Made by a program: the position numbers and the translations under genes | Assembly (NCBI GenBank): GCA_051362555.1 | Contig: CM120642.1 | Coordinates: forward strand, 558,001-622,000 | Length of the DNA: 64,000 bases | Source: Lingula anatina | Taxonomy: Eukaryota > Animalia > Brachiopoda | Direction of reading: 5' to 3' | Shown: one piece after another, positions 63,001 to 64,000 of the stretch | Numbering within the stretch: the first letter of the stretch is position 1 | Layout of the letters: the number at the start of each line of letters is the position of its first letter | The notes under the pieces: generated by a model | What the model was told of the DNA's origin: nothing | Database searches by the model: none | The model's input: the letters and a program-made list of their open reading frames with translations, nothing else

Positions 63001-64000
63001 ATTATAGTTATTTCAATTACTTATAGCACTGATAATGTTTCAAATTCATGTAGCATTTCTTTTAATGAGAGGAAGGCTTGTGAATCTTCAATTATAGTAA
63101 TTTATTGCAAAAAAACAACAATAACCATTACAATGCAGTGGGAATTATGTTTATAAAGCGCAATACAGCTACTATTTTTCACAAGTGGAAAGTAATCTAA
63201 CACTAATGTATTATTTTGTACACTCATTATACGCACACCCTAAACAATAGCGAATACCATTAAAAAATTTACCTAGTAAAATAATTACGCAAATAAATAC
63301 GAATAAATACGAACTACATTTAAATTTCCAGAACAAAATCTAAGCAAAAGTACAATTACAGGAATGTCACAGATTCATAAGTAGTCAGGCTTTTTCCATT
63401 ATTTATCAGACATCTGGTAAACATATGATGAAAACGAAAACGACTACTACTTATCCATCGACTTAATGTATTTGCAGAGAGTGGCCGCTCGTTAAATAAC
63501 ATGCCAATTATGTGTGCCCTAATTGCCCGACCCCGTTTTAAAAATTACACTCATTAGGTATTTTTGTTCACATTGAGTAAGGCGATGAAGCCTAGCTTCC
63601 AAGGAAAGATGAAATATTGTCACCAAAACCCCTAAAAAATGCGTAGGCTAAAGAAATAAAATAACATTAACATAAAATAAAATTAAAAAGAAGAGAAACG
63701 CAACACATAATGTACCTGAAATATCCGACTAACTTAAAGTATTTAATCAAAATCAAATAAATGCTGCTCAAATTCTAAGAGAAAAATGTACTTTCAGAAT
63801 AAATCTGTAGAAAATACAGCTATTTATTTCTTGAGGTGTGTGAAACGTTCATCTTATTTAGCGTGATTCTTGAAGCACCCCATTCACGCGACTTGTGAAT
63901 GCAATTGTTTATTCTCCGCTCTTCGTGAAACGAAGACATTATACCCGGTGATACGTGATTTTCAGGATATTTTTAAAATGCCTACTATCAGTGAGATAAT

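Noticed and set aside
62253-64000. Short ORFs at the right end
   Set aside because: No recognisable domains or convincing exon structure.

Overview
AT-rich, repeat-dense animal DNA with spliceosomal introns; the transposon families suggest a marine invertebrate, but the species cannot be determined. The left end holds the first coding exon of a minus-strand PDZ gene (Shroom-like) and a young 5'-truncated L2 LINE. Most of the window is a tandem segmental triplication: copy A ~6.4-25.6 kb, copy B ~26.9-52.9 kb and a partial copy C ~53.5-62.3 kb. Copies A and B each carry a multi-exon plus-strand gene for a small secreted protein: a signal peptide, 5 or 6 EGF-like modules, and no transmembrane segment. 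The N-terminal EGF exons of the two genes differ almost only by amino-acid replacements and are more diverged than adjacent introns, which points to diversifying selection. The later modules have a non-canonical cysteine pattern. Comparing copies exposes many insertions with their empty sites: a deleted Polinton/Maverick carrying a BIR (IAP-like) gene and a perfect 74-bp terminal palindrome, an inverted pair of Penelope-type hammerhead ribozymes, a Helitron with a ~145-bp satellite, Helentron-type HINEs, an L1/Tx1 LINE with a 47-bp TSD, EnSpm, piggyBac, MULE and Harbinger non-autonomous elements, and a Gypsy relic. All alignments and counts were done by eye. A and B could partly be uncollapsed haplotypes.
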